Made by a program: the position numbers and the translations under genes. From a virus (lineage: Duplodnaviria; Caudoviricetes): a DNA stretch of 33,746 bases. The DNA is taken from positions 1 through 33,746 of IMG/VR virus record IMGVR_UViG_3300038393_000187; one strand, 5' to 3'. Under the pieces are notes generated by a model that saw nothing but the letters and a program-made list of their open reading frames with translations, had not been told where the DNA came from and did no database searches. Numbering within the stretch: position 1 is the first letter of the stretch; every line of letters begins with the position of its first letter. Below are positions 5,656 through 14,055 of this stretch, one piece after another.

Positions 5656-7341
5656 ATGACCTATGTTTACAACATCCTACGTGATAACCCAATTGCTGTC
5701 TATCCACTAGACAGTGGCGTTACCGACGTATCTGGATTTAACCGTGATGGTGCCACGACTGGCACGCCAACTGCTGACCGCCCACTTACTGCCCGTGGCA
5801 TTGCCGCACAGTACTTGGACACGGCAGGATTTACATATCCAATCACAGACATCATGGTTCAGAATAAGCAGCTAAAGTCATTTAGCCTTGAGGCGTGGGT
5901 AAAGCCACATAATGCAACAGGTCTGGCAAACATCCTAGCTAGAAACACTTCAGGTCTGTTCATTGACGAAGGAATTCTGTTCTTTCAAGTGGCTTCTCCA
6001 TCTGTAATTACGAGCGTCGAATACGACTGGCTAGATGTTGGTCGAACCGCTCACGTTGTTGGTGTTTACGATGCCAATGACATTTACCTATACGTTAATG
6101 GCGAAGTTGTCGCTTCAGCATCAGTTGATGAGTCTATTCTGACCGACTCACTGATGGACACCGCCGCAAACCTAGTCACCAATACCAGCGGCGGCGCAAA
6201 GATGACCGTTGACACAGTGGCTATTTACAATTACCCACTGTCATCAAAGACTATTCAGTCTCACTACTCAGTGGGAACTTCTTACCCAGCCGTAGCCGAC
6301 ATCTCAAAGGCTAATGGTGGTCACGTCTACTTCATGAACGCTGACAGTGCGTCCGTGCGCGTAGCGTTGAATATTGACACTGACAGTGAATGGCAAGATG
6401 CCGATTACGTAAATGCCGGGTCTATCGATGGGGAGCTAATCAACCTTACCGACCCAACCACTGGAGATTACGCGGCGGCTGTCTGGGAGAAGTCAATCTC
6501 ATTTGCAGCAGAAACCGGGGTTATCCTTGAGGGCTCATCTCTCACATGGCAAGCATCTCCAGGAGTTGTAGTTTCAACAGCACTCAATGACGATGCCTAC
6601 GTAGTCCTTGCTAACGGAGGACAGCCATTTGCCGGATTGGACATTACAACTGACCAGACTCTAAAGATTAGGATTGAGCTTCCAACTGGCACAGAGCAGT
6701 CAACGGTGAAGTATATGACTTTCAGGGCATATACATCAAAGGCTATTCGCGGAAGTGATGAAGAAGTAGCGATGACCTTGACGAGTCCTGCCAATGTTGA
6801 TTTGGATGTCTTTGCTTACAACCCGGTCGAATTCAACGACTTCGGTGGAATGAAGCTCACCACAGCAACTGGAATCTCTATTGCGGCAGATGCAAATTTC
6901 GGCGGCTACACAGCAGTCGAATTCACAGTCTTCATGGATGCCAATGCAGTCTCCAAGACTCTGTTCGCAGCGGGCACTCATACAATCACAACCAATGCCT
7001 CTGGACAATGGGTTCCAACGGGTCTTACCGCTCTCATCGTGGATGGAGTGGTGATTTCTGCTGCAACGACAATTACGCTAAACCGCTGGCATCACGTAAT
7101 TGCCATTTTCGCAGAGCAAACCTCTTCAATCACCTTCCTAACAGGAGTCGCAAGCAGAATTGGCTATCTTGCTACCTACACATCACAGATGGCAGCACTT
7201 ACTACAGCCGGTGCTCAGGATATCTACAACAATTGGGTCGGAGCACCTGCATTGCAGCTTGTAGACGCTGCCGTTATCACTGTTTCCGAGTCTGATGCCA
7301 AGGCATACACTTATGACTGGGCAATTCAGCCTGCTGGATGA
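5656..7341 (+). CDS. LamG/ConA-like domain virion protein (putative minor tail protein)
   Basis: ILRDNPIAVYPLD, FSLEAWVKP, HVVGVYD, YLYVNG and DTVAIYNYPLS motifs. A second degenerate LamG-like region contains WHHVIAIF. Confidence 0.75.
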   Translation: MTYVYNILRDNPIAVYPLDSGVTDVSGFNRDGATTGTPTADRPLTARGIAAQYLDTAGFTYPITDIMVQNKQLKSFSLEAWVKPHNATGLANILARNTSGLFIDEGILFFQVASPSVITSVEYDWLDVGRTAHVVGVYDANDIYLYVNGEVVASASVDESILTDSLMDTAANLVTNTSGGAKMTVDTVAIYNYPLSSKTIQSHYSVGTSYPAVADISKANGGHVYFMNADSASVRVALNIDTDSEWQDADYVNAGSIDGELINLTDPTTGDYAAAVWEKSISFAAETGVILEGSSLTWQASPGVVVSTALNDDAYVVLANGGQPFAGLDITTDQTLKIRIELPTGTEQSTVKYMTFRAYTSKAIRGSDEEVAMTLTSPANVDLDVFAYNPVEFNDFGGMKLTTATGISIAADANFGGYTAVEFTVFMDANAVSKTLFAAGTHTITTNASGQWVPTGLTALIVDGVVISAATTITLNRWHHVIAIFAEQTSSITFLTGVASRIGYLATYTSQMAALTTAGAQDIYNNWVGAPALQLVDAAVITVSESDAKAYTYDWAIQPAG

Positions 7342-7388
7342 CAATAACCCTCGCATAAAGCCGGTTTTTGACACTGAGTTGGACAAAT

Positions 7389-7417
7389 TTGCGCTTATAA
7401 CTAATTCAGAATACAAT
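7389..7417 (+). promoter_or_regulatory. Promoter for the portal unit (leaderless first gene)
   Basis: TTGCGC-N17-TACAAT followed by N6 and ATG 7424. Confidence 0.7.
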
Positions 7418-7423
7418 GATTAC

Positions 7424-7762
7424 ATGAAGATGAAGCTTACCAACAAGCAGATTGTTGACGACCCAAATGTACGACACGGAGTCTGGGTATGGGAAATGCC
7501 AGATGGCTCTATGGTCATGGATGAAGACCGCAACTTCCTGCTAACCGTTGGATACAAGGGAGACGTTACCGCCGCCTTCACTTTGGCAAAGGCAGTGCGC
7601 TCATTCGGCATTACCGAAGGACGCCCGGTTTTCCTTGAGGGCCACCGTCCAATTGATGATGAGGAGTATGCCCGTCAAAGATTCCGTATGTCTCTAGGCC
7701 TAGTGCCAGATGAGCAGGATGTCGGAGTTATCAACGACGAGCTAAAGCATGGTAGCCAGTAA
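7424..7762 (+). CDS. Hypothetical protein upstream of portal (112 aa)
   Basis: 3' part of ORF 7295..7762. The start was moved to 7424 because the upstream part overlaps the previous gene and the promoter. Confidence 0.75.
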   Translation: MKMKLTNKQIVDDPNVRHGVWVWEMPDGSMVMDEDRNFLLTVGYKGDVTAAFTLAKAVRSFGITEGRPVFLEGHRPIDDEEYARQRFRMSLGLVPDEQDVGVINDELKHGSQ

Positions 7763-9362
7763 AGTAGCAGGCTCACGACGCCCAAGAGACCTAAAGCCAG
7801 CGGAACCCCACGAGATTGAGGTTTCGCTTGGTTCTGTTGTAGAGACACTTGCTCCAGCAGAAGAGACTGACGTATTCGCTAAGTCAGCCTCAGAATTCCG
7901 CACGATGGATGGCGTAAATGCCAATACCAAGCGTCAAGCCGCTCGCCTAGAGAAGGCTCAGCGTGGAACCGGTGGAGCAGGTACCAAGCGCATGGAGCGC
8001 GAAGACATTGACCACACCGGATACACACTATTCGGAGTCTGCCTTCCTCCATACAATCTAGATTACCTCGCGGCTCTCTTCGAGAAGTCCAGCGCTCACG
8101 CGGCGGCTGTTAAGGCGAAGGTAAACAACGTGGTTGGCCTAGGATATGACTGGGTTGAATCAGATGAAACCAAGCAGAAGATTGACGCAGCAGATGGTGA
8201 CGAAGAGAAGCTAAAGACTATTCGTCGCAAGCTTGACCGCATGCGTAAGGTCATGCAGGAATGGCTAGACTCTTGCAATGAGGAAGACGACTTCCTTGAA
8301 ATCATGCGTAAGGTATGGACCGATTACGAGACGACCGGAAACGGTTACCTTGAAATCGGTCGTACAGTCACGGGTGAAATCGCTTATCTTGGACACATTC
8401 CGGCCACTACAATGCGCGTTAGGAAGAAGCGCGACGGTTTTGTTCAGATTATCAACGAGAAGGCTGTCTTCTTCCGTAACTTTGGTGACCTCAAGACTAA
8501 GGACCAAGTTGGAACTGACCCACGTCCTAACGAAGTAATTCACTTCAAGAAGTACTCACCAACAAACGGCTACTACGGTGTCTCTGACATCATGTCAGCA
8601 ATGCACGCTGTAACTGGAAATGAGTTCAGCGCACGATTCAACCTTGATTACTTCGAGAACAAGGCTGTTCCACGATACGTTATTGTCACGAAGGGTGGAA
8701 CGCTTTCACCAACAGCCGAGGCTCGTTTGGTTGAGTTCTTCCAGACGACAATCAAGGGTAAGAACCACCGTACATTGTACGTTCCTCTGCCAGCAGAAGA
8801 GCCAGACCGTAAGGTCTCATTCGAAATGAAGCCGGTTGAGGCGGGTACTCAGGATGCGTCATTCATGAACTACGACAAGTCTAACCTCAACTCTATCTTG
8901 ATGGCTCACGGAGTTCCGGCGTCAAAGGCATTTGCCAACACTGGAAACACTTCATTGGCAAATAGCCGGGACCAGGATAAGACCTTCAAGGAGCAGGTCT
9001 GCCGTCCTGACCAGAAGATTGCTGAGAACAAGCTTCACAAGATTGTGAAGGAGAAGACAAACATCTTCTACCTCAAGCTAATCGAAATGACTCTTACCGA
9101 CGAAGACACTCAGTCCAAGATTGACGAGCGCTACTTGCGTCTTGGTACTTACGTTCCAAACGAGGTTCGTGCCAAGAAGGGTCTTCCTGGAATCAAGGGT
9201 GGAGACAAGCAAATCGAAATGTCTCCACAAGTCAAGGCTGAGCAGACGGCACAAGCCGCACAGTCTCGTACTCGTGACCAGCAGCGTACTGCAAATGCTA
9301 CGGATTCTCGTGGCGAGGGCAGAAATACTCAGGGCGAAGGACGGACTCCGGGAACGGAGTAA
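7749..9362 (+). CDS. Portal protein
   Basis: DYETTGNGYLEI, EVIHFKKYSPTNGYYGVSD, YFENKAVP, ILMAHGVP and PNEVRAKKGLPG motifs of HK97/PBSX-like portals. Position precedes protease and capsid. Confidence 0.92.
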   Translation: MVASKVAGSRRPRDLKPAEPHEIEVSLGSVVETLAPAEETDVFAKSASEFRTMDGVNANTKRQAARLEKAQRGTGGAGTKRMEREDIDHTGYTLFGVCLPPYNLDYLAALFEKSSAHAAAVKAKVNNVVGLGYDWVESDETKQKIDAADGDEEKLKTIRRKLDRMRKVMQEWLDSCNEEDDFLEIMRKVWTDYETTGNGYLEIGRTVTGEIAYLGHIPATTMRVRKKRDGFVQIINEKAVFFRNFGDLKTKDQVGTDPRPNEVIHFKKYSPTNGYYGVSDIMSAMHAVTGNEFSARFNLDYFENKAVPRYVIVTKGGTLSPTAEARLVEFFQTTIKGKNHRTLYVPLPAEEPDRKVSFEMKPVEAGTQDASFMNYDKSNLNSILMAHGVPASKAFANTGNTSLANSRDQDKTFKEQVCRPDQKIAENKLHKIVKEKTNIFYLKLIEMTLTDEDTQSKIDERYLRLGTYVPNEVRAKKGLPGIKGGDKQIEMSPQVKAEQTAQAAQSRTRDQQRTANATDSRGEGRNTQGEGRTPGTE

Positions 9363-9365
9363 CAC

Positions 9366-9791
9366 ATGAGCGAAATTGATAGGCAAAGAGACAAGCTAGC
9401 GAGCCGTCTCAGCAAGCCAATCAACACAGCAGCCATTGTGATTATGGGTGTCTACACAGTTCTCTGGGGAGTATGGGTCGGTAATCCATTTTGGAGCACT
9501 TTCAACGAGTCAAAGCAATTCGACTGGCTCGCCAAGGTAGCTCCTGAATGGGCGTGGGGAGTGATTGCCATGTGCGTAGGAATCGTCATGTGTTACGGAG
9601 TAATCAGGAATTCATTCCGCTCACTAAGCACGGGTTCTATGATTGGAACCCTTTATTGGGGGCTTATTGCAACGGGGTATTACATTGGAGATTGGAGAGA
9701 TACAGCGGGTCTTACAAAGACCATGATTTGTCTCTACTGTGCATTCATCTGGTTGAACATCAGAATGAATCGCGACAGGCTAGTTGACTGA
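9366..9791 (+). CDS. Membrane protein with about four transmembrane helices
   Basis: Four hydrophobic W/G-rich segments and charged termini. Confidence 0.8.
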   Translation: MSEIDRQRDKLASRLSKPINTAAIVIMGVYTVLWGVWVGNPFWSTFNESKQFDWLAKVAPEWAWGVIAMCVGIVMCYGVIRNSFRSLSTGSMIGTLYWGLIATGYYIGDWRDTAGLTKTMICLYCAFIWLNIRMNRDRLVD

Positions 9792-9793
9792 TT

Positions 9794-9823
9794 TTGGCTT
9801 TTGAAAAAGAACTGATGTATATT
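9794..9823 (+). promoter_or_regulatory. Promoter for the protease-capsid unit (leaderless first gene)
   Basis: TTGGCT-N18-TATATT followed by N6 and ATG 9830. Confidence 0.65.
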
Positions 9824-9829
9824 ACAAAC

Positions 9830-11122
9830 ATGGAGCTTATGAAGGCAAAGTGGTCTACGGACGGTGACAATTTCACCATTCACATGCCACTATCCAAGAT
9901 TGATAAGGAGAAGCGAACTGTAAGCGGTTGGGCTTCTCTTGATAACCCTGACTTGCAGGGTGATATCGTCTTGGCCGAGGCTAGCCAAAAGGCATTCGCT
10001 CGTTTCAAGGGAAACATCCGCGAAATGCACCAGCCAATCGCTGTTGGACGTATGCTTTCATACCGTCCAGATTCTTACTACGACAGCGAGACTCAGAAGT
10101 TCTACAACGGAATTTGGGTTGACGTTTACGTATCCAAGGGAGCCGAGTCAACTTGGGAGAAGGTTCTAGACGGAACACTCTCAATGTTCTCCATCGCAGG
10201 TCCAATCATCGATTCAGAGATGGAATTCAGCAAGGACGCTGGACGACCACTTCGAATCGTCAAGGATTACGACCTAAATGAGCTTTCCCTTGTTGATTCG
10301 GGCGGAAACCAGCTTGCACACGTAATGAGCTTTGCCAAGGATGTAAACGGCGGGCTTATTATGAAGGGCATGATGGCTGATAACCCAACAGAGAATGTCT
10401 TCTACTGCGACAAGCACGAAGAGGGCATCGCAAAGACTACCACCGACGATTCAGCGGAGTGCCCAGAGGGACACAAGATGAAGAGCATCGGTTGGTTCGA
10501 ATACAGCAACGATGTCGAGAAGGCCACAAGAGTTGCCGAGGTCATCGCTGAATTCAAGAAGGAAATCGTCAACGATGAAGGAGGTGTAGACGTGGCAGAC
10601 GAAAAGATTGAAAAGCAGGCTCCAGATGTTGAGCTAAACCCTGGCATTCCAGCCGATGAGGAAGGAAAGGCCGCAACTGAGGTTGAGGCTAGCGCTGAGG
10701 AGAATGCAGAGACAACCGAGGAGGCACCAGTAGAGGAAACTGTTGCTGAGACGGCAGAGGCCACTCCTGAGGTAGCTGAGGAGCAGGACTTCGAGAAGAT
10801 GTTCGATGACCTTAAGGGAGCAATTACCGAGGGCATTAAGAAGTCAGAGGAGACTGCACGAGCAGAGCGCGAAGCTCAGGCAGCAGAGTTCGCAAAGAAG
10901 TTTGAGGACATGCACACCGAGTTCGCGGAGCTTAAGAAGTCCGTCGAGGGCATCAAGAGCGAAATCGATTCTGTAGAAAAGAGACTTGGTAGTGTCGAGA
11001 GCGACACAGCCATTAAGAAGTCCGGAGACCTTGGCGGGTCAACGGGTGATGACAAGCTTGAGAAGAGCAACAAGTCATCCAAGTGGGGCGGGCATTTCCT
11101 CAACGCTTCAGAGCTAGACTAA
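9830..11122 (+). CDS. Prohead (capsid maturation) protease fused to a scaffold domain
   Basis: RTVSGWAS, DLQGD, IREMHQ, WEKVLDGTLSMFSIAG and LNELSLVD motifs of HK97-type proteases, followed by an acidic and coiled-coil C-terminal half. Confidence 0.88.
   Translation: MELMKAKWSTDGDNFTIHMPLSKIDKEKRTVSGWASLDNPDLQGDIVLAEASQKAFARFKGNIREMHQPIAVGRMLSYRPDSYYDSETQKFYNGIWVDVYVSKGAESTWEKVLDGTLSMFSIAGPIIDSEMEFSKDAGRPLRIVKDYDLNELSLVDSGGNQLAHVMSFAKDVNGGLIMKGMMADNPTENVFYCDKHEEGIAKTTTDDSAECPEGHKMKSIGWFEYSNDVEKATRVAEVIAEFKKEIVNDEGGVDVADEKIEKQAPDVELNPGIPADEEGKAATEVEASAEENAETTEEAPVEETVAETAEATPEVAEEQDFEKMFDDLKGAITEGIKKSEETARAEREAQAAEFAKKFEDMHTEFAELKKSVEGIKSEIDSVEKRLGSVESDTAIKKSGDLGGSTGDDKLEKSNKSSKWGGHFLNASELD
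10592..11122 (+). CDS. Probable nested scaffold protein from an internal in-frame start (176 aa)
   Basis: GGAGGTG at 10580-10586 lies 5 nt before an in-frame GTG at the domain boundary. Confidence 0.65.
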   Translation: MADEKIEKQAPDVELNPGIPADEEGKAATEVEASAEENAETTEEAPVEETVAETAEATPEVAEEQDFEKMFDDLKGAITEGIKKSEETARAEREAQAAEFAKKFEDMHTEFAELKKSVEGIKSEIDSVEKRLGSVESDTAIKKSGDLGGSTGDDKLEKSNKSSKWGGHFLNASELD

Positions 11123-11152
11123 TACTAAATTTTGACGGAGGTGAAACATACA

Positions 11153-12139
11153 ATGAGTAACGAAATGCTAGAAAAGGTAATTCGTACCACGGAAATCGGT
11201 GCCGGTGGAGGTCTTCTCAACCCTGAGCAGAGCAACACTTTCATCGACTACATGTGGGATACAACCGTACTTGCACCACAGGTACGTACTATCCGCATGA
11301 AGTCCGACACAATCGAGATTGAGAAGATTGGTGTTGGAAAGCGTCTAATGCGAGTCGCTACTGAGGCTGTTGACGACGGTGCAAACGCCGGAGCAACCTT
11401 CAGCAAGATTAGCTTGACGACAACCAAGTTCCGTCTAGACTTCGAGCTTTCAACGGAGTCCCTTGAGGACAACATTGAGGGTGCGGACCTAGAGGACCAC
11501 ATCGCTCGCTTGATGGCTACCGCCGCTGGTAACGACCTTGAGGATGTTGCTATTAACGCTGATTCTGCACTTACGACTGACCCGCTATTGAAGGGATTCG
11601 ATGGATGGTCCAAGCGTGCCCGTGCAGGAGGTCACATTGTTGACCAGGCTGGAGCAGGACTTAACCGCTCTGCCTTCAACAAGGCACTCAAGGCAATGCC
11701 ACGTAACTTCATGCAGCGTCGTTCACAGTTGAAGTTCTTCGTAGGTTCAAACCTCATCCAGGACTACCTATACTCTCTAACTGACTTGGCTACCACGCCA
11801 GAGAACATTGCAGAATCCATGATTCGCAATGGACCAGTCCGTACCGAGGGTGCAGCCGGATTCGTAACTACTTACGCATTCGGACTTCCAGTACAGGAAG
11901 TTCCTCTATTCGATGAGACTCGTGTTGGTGACTATGCATCACCAACAGGACAGCACGGTGACATGTGGCTTACATTCCCTAAGAACCTTCTATGGGGTGT
12001 AAAGCGCGAGATTCAGGTTTACCGTGAGTTCAAGCCTAAGAAGGACACAATTGAGTACACAATGTACTGCCGTGTCGGTACGCAGATTGAAGAGGTTGAC
12101 GCCTTCGTTGTTGTAAAGAACATCAAGGTTGCCGCCTGA
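11153..12139 (+). CDS. Major capsid protein (HK97 fold)
   Basis: GGLLNPEQSNTFID, ELSTESLEDNIEG and GNDLEDVAIN motifs. GGAGGTGA SD before ATG 11153, terminator after. Confidence 0.92.
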   Translation: MSNEMLEKVIRTTEIGAGGGLLNPEQSNTFIDYMWDTTVLAPQVRTIRMKSDTIEIEKIGVGKRLMRVATEAVDDGANAGATFSKISLTTTKFRLDFELSTESLEDNIEGADLEDHIARLMATAAGNDLEDVAINADSALTTDPLLKGFDGWSKRARAGGHIVDQAGAGLNRSAFNKALKAMPRNFMQRRSQLKFFVGSNLIQDYLYSLTDLATTPENIAESMIRNGPVRTEGAAGFVTTYAFGLPVQEVPLFDETRVGDYASPTGQHGDMWLTFPKNLLWGVKREIQVYREFKPKKDTIEYTMYCRVGTQIEEVDAFVVVKNIKVAA

Positions 12140-12154
12140 CGATATGCATAAGTG

Positions 12155-12187
12155 GAACCCCCGGTTTTCCGGGGGTTCTTCTCTTTT
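12155..12187 (+). terminator. Intrinsic terminator after the capsid gene
   Basis: GAACCCCCGG-tttt-CCGGGGGTTC-TTCTCTTTT. Confidence 0.88.
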
Positions 12188-12214
12188 GCACCCCAATTCT
12201 CCGGGTGGTACAAT
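12186..12214 (+). promoter_or_regulatory. Promoter
   Basis: TTGCAC-N17-TACAAT with extended TG. Confidence 0.7.
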
Positions 12215-12238
12215 TGGAGAGAATCCTAAGGAGGATAA

Positions 12239-12655
12239 ATGAGTTTCAACACACTAAAGAAGGCACAGCTAGTAGCTGTTGCAAACGGCTTTGGACTTGA
12301 CGTTGCAGAGAATGCAAAGGTCGATGAGCTTAAGGCCGCTATCGCAGAGGCAGATTACATCGAATGGGATGAGGCAGTAGCCCTCCTAAAGACCGAAAAC
12401 CTCTGGGATGAAGAAGATGAAGAGAAGGAAGAGACTGCCAAGGCTGAGAAGCAGGCAGAAATTGATGCTCGTCCAAAGGACACCCTTCTCAAGATGTACC
12501 GAGCTAACCGCTCATACGAGATTCGAGGATACCGCTTTACGCAGGACAATCCATACGCTCTCGTAACCGCCGAGGATGCAGAGGCTATTACCGATGCAGA
12601 CCCAGACGGATTCCGTTATGCCACCCCAAAGGAAGCAATCGACTTCTACGGGTGA
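12239..12655 (+). CDS. Hypothetical protein with an N-terminal Rho_N/HeH-like helical motif
   Basis: LKKAQLVAVANGFGLDV...KVDELKAAI pattern. AAGGAGG RBS. Typical post-capsid position. Confidence 0.7.
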   Translation: MSFNTLKKAQLVAVANGFGLDVAENAKVDELKAAIAEADYIEWDEAVALLKTENLWDEEDEEKEETAKAEKQAEIDARPKDTLLKMYRANRSYEIRGYRFTQDNPYALVTAEDAEAITDADPDGFRYATPKEAIDFYG

Positions 12656-12688
12656 TTCAGTAACTAAAGAGAGGAGTACTACCAGAGC

Positions 12689-13066
12689 ATGACAATTATT
12701 GACTACGAGCAGTTGGGTACGATTGGGGCAAACCTACTTCCGAAGCGTTACGACATCAAGGTTTATCAGGGCGACACATTCGAGGTCATCTTGAACTTCA
12801 AGGATGTCAGTAACGTCGGAGTTGACCTAACCGGATTCACTGGTCGTGCACAATTCAAGCCTACGACCGGGGCACCAATTGACCTTACAGTCACCACGAA
12901 CTACAACGCAGTCAACGGTGCTGTCAGAGTCTACCTTGCCGACACCTCAGCGTTGACCGGCGAGTATTCATGGGACTTGGAGCTAGAAGATGCGGGTGGG
13001 CGCAAGCGCACTTACATCGGAGGCAAGGTTACCGTTACAGATGACATTACGGAGGTCGTAGCTTAA
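12689..13066 (+). CDS. Small beta-rich virion protein (possible fibre adaptor)
   Basis: IKVYQGDTF...DLTGFTGRAQ...YSWDLEL...GKVTV pattern, common in phage Ig-like adaptor domains. GAGGAG RBS. Confidence 0.65.
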   Translation: MTIIDYEQLGTIGANLLPKRYDIKVYQGDTFEVILNFKDVSNVGVDLTGFTGRAQFKPTTGAPIDLTVTTNYNAVNGAVRVYLADTSALTGEYSWDLELEDAGGRKRTYIGGKVTVTDDITEVVA

Positions 13067-14055
13067 TGGCAACTATCTCCGATATCGCGTCTTGGACAAT
13101 TGCTGATGAGAATATCACCGGCAATGTTGGAGACACCAACCTCACATTGGTTACGACGGATTTTCATGCAGTCGCAACCCTTGAGGTATCTGCGCCTGCC
13201 GATTTTGCGGTCGTTGATATCGGAGTAGTTGGTCTTGGAAACTCTGGGGGAGGTTCCGGAGCAGTTGACTCCGTAAACGGGAAGACGGGAGTAGTTGTTC
13301 TAAACCAGGATGACGTTCTCGACGGAACCACCCATAAGCAGTATTCAGCGACCGAGAAGACAAAGTTGGCCGGTATTGCAACGGGAGCTACCGCCAATGA
13401 CACTGATGCTAACCTCAAGAACCGTGCAAACCACACGGGTTCTCAGGCAATTAGCACCGTCACAGGTCTACAGACAGCCCTTGATGGCAAGCAGCCACTA
13501 GATTCTGACCTAACTGCAATTGCAGCACTGGCACCTACAGACAATGATTTCGTTCAGCGTAAGGCCGGGGCTTGGACCAATAGAACCCCGGCTCAGGCAA
13601 AGACGGATTTGGCTCTCACCAAGTCAGACGTAGGACTCGCAAATGTCGATAACACGTCAGACGCAAACAAGCCTGTGTCCACAGCCACACAAACGGCTTT
13701 GGATGGCAAGCAGCCATTGGATGCCGACCTAACAGCTATTGCAGCTTTGGCACCGGCAGACGATGCAATTATTCAGCGTAAGTCAAGTGCATGGGCCAGC
13801 AGAACAATGGCTCAGCTTAAGACCGACCTTGCTCTCACAAAGAGCGACGTTGGTCTATCTAACGTTGACAATACTAGTGATGCTAACAAGCCAATTAGTA
13901 CTGCTCAGCAAACAGCATTCGATGCCCGCTTTGTTTGGGCTGACGGAACAACGGCATCTAATGCACGGCCATCAACTTCCAGCAAGGTAATTTGGGTTGG
14001 CGGAACAACTCAGCCAACTAACATGGCGACTGGAGATTTGTGGGTTAAGGCATGA
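13066..14055 (+). CDS. Fibre-like virion protein with internal repeats
   Basis: VDSVNGKTGVVVL, EKTKLAGIATGA, RANHTGSQ and two KSDVGLxNVDNTSDANKPxS fibre motifs. Confidence 0.75.
   Translation: MATISDIASWTIADENITGNVGDTNLTLVTTDFHAVATLEVSAPADFAVVDIGVVGLGNSGGGSGAVDSVNGKTGVVVLNQDDVLDGTTHKQYSATEKTKLAGIATGATANDTDANLKNRANHTGSQAISTVTGLQTALDGKQPLDSDLTAIAALAPTDNDFVQRKAGAWTNRTPAQAKTDLALTKSDVGLANVDNTSDANKPVSTATQTALDGKQPLDADLTAIAALAPADDAIIQRKSSAWASRTMAQLKTDLALTKSDVGLSNVDNTSDANKPISTAQQTAFDARFVWADGTTASNARPSTSSKVIWVGGTTQPTNMATGDLWVKA
13483..13920 (+). repeat. Tandem 219-nt (73-aa) intragenic duplication
   Basis: GATGGCAAGCAGCCA recurs at 13483 and 13702. The protein units DGKQPLD..ANKP.STA.QTA align, with many synonymous differences. 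Confidence 0.9.
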
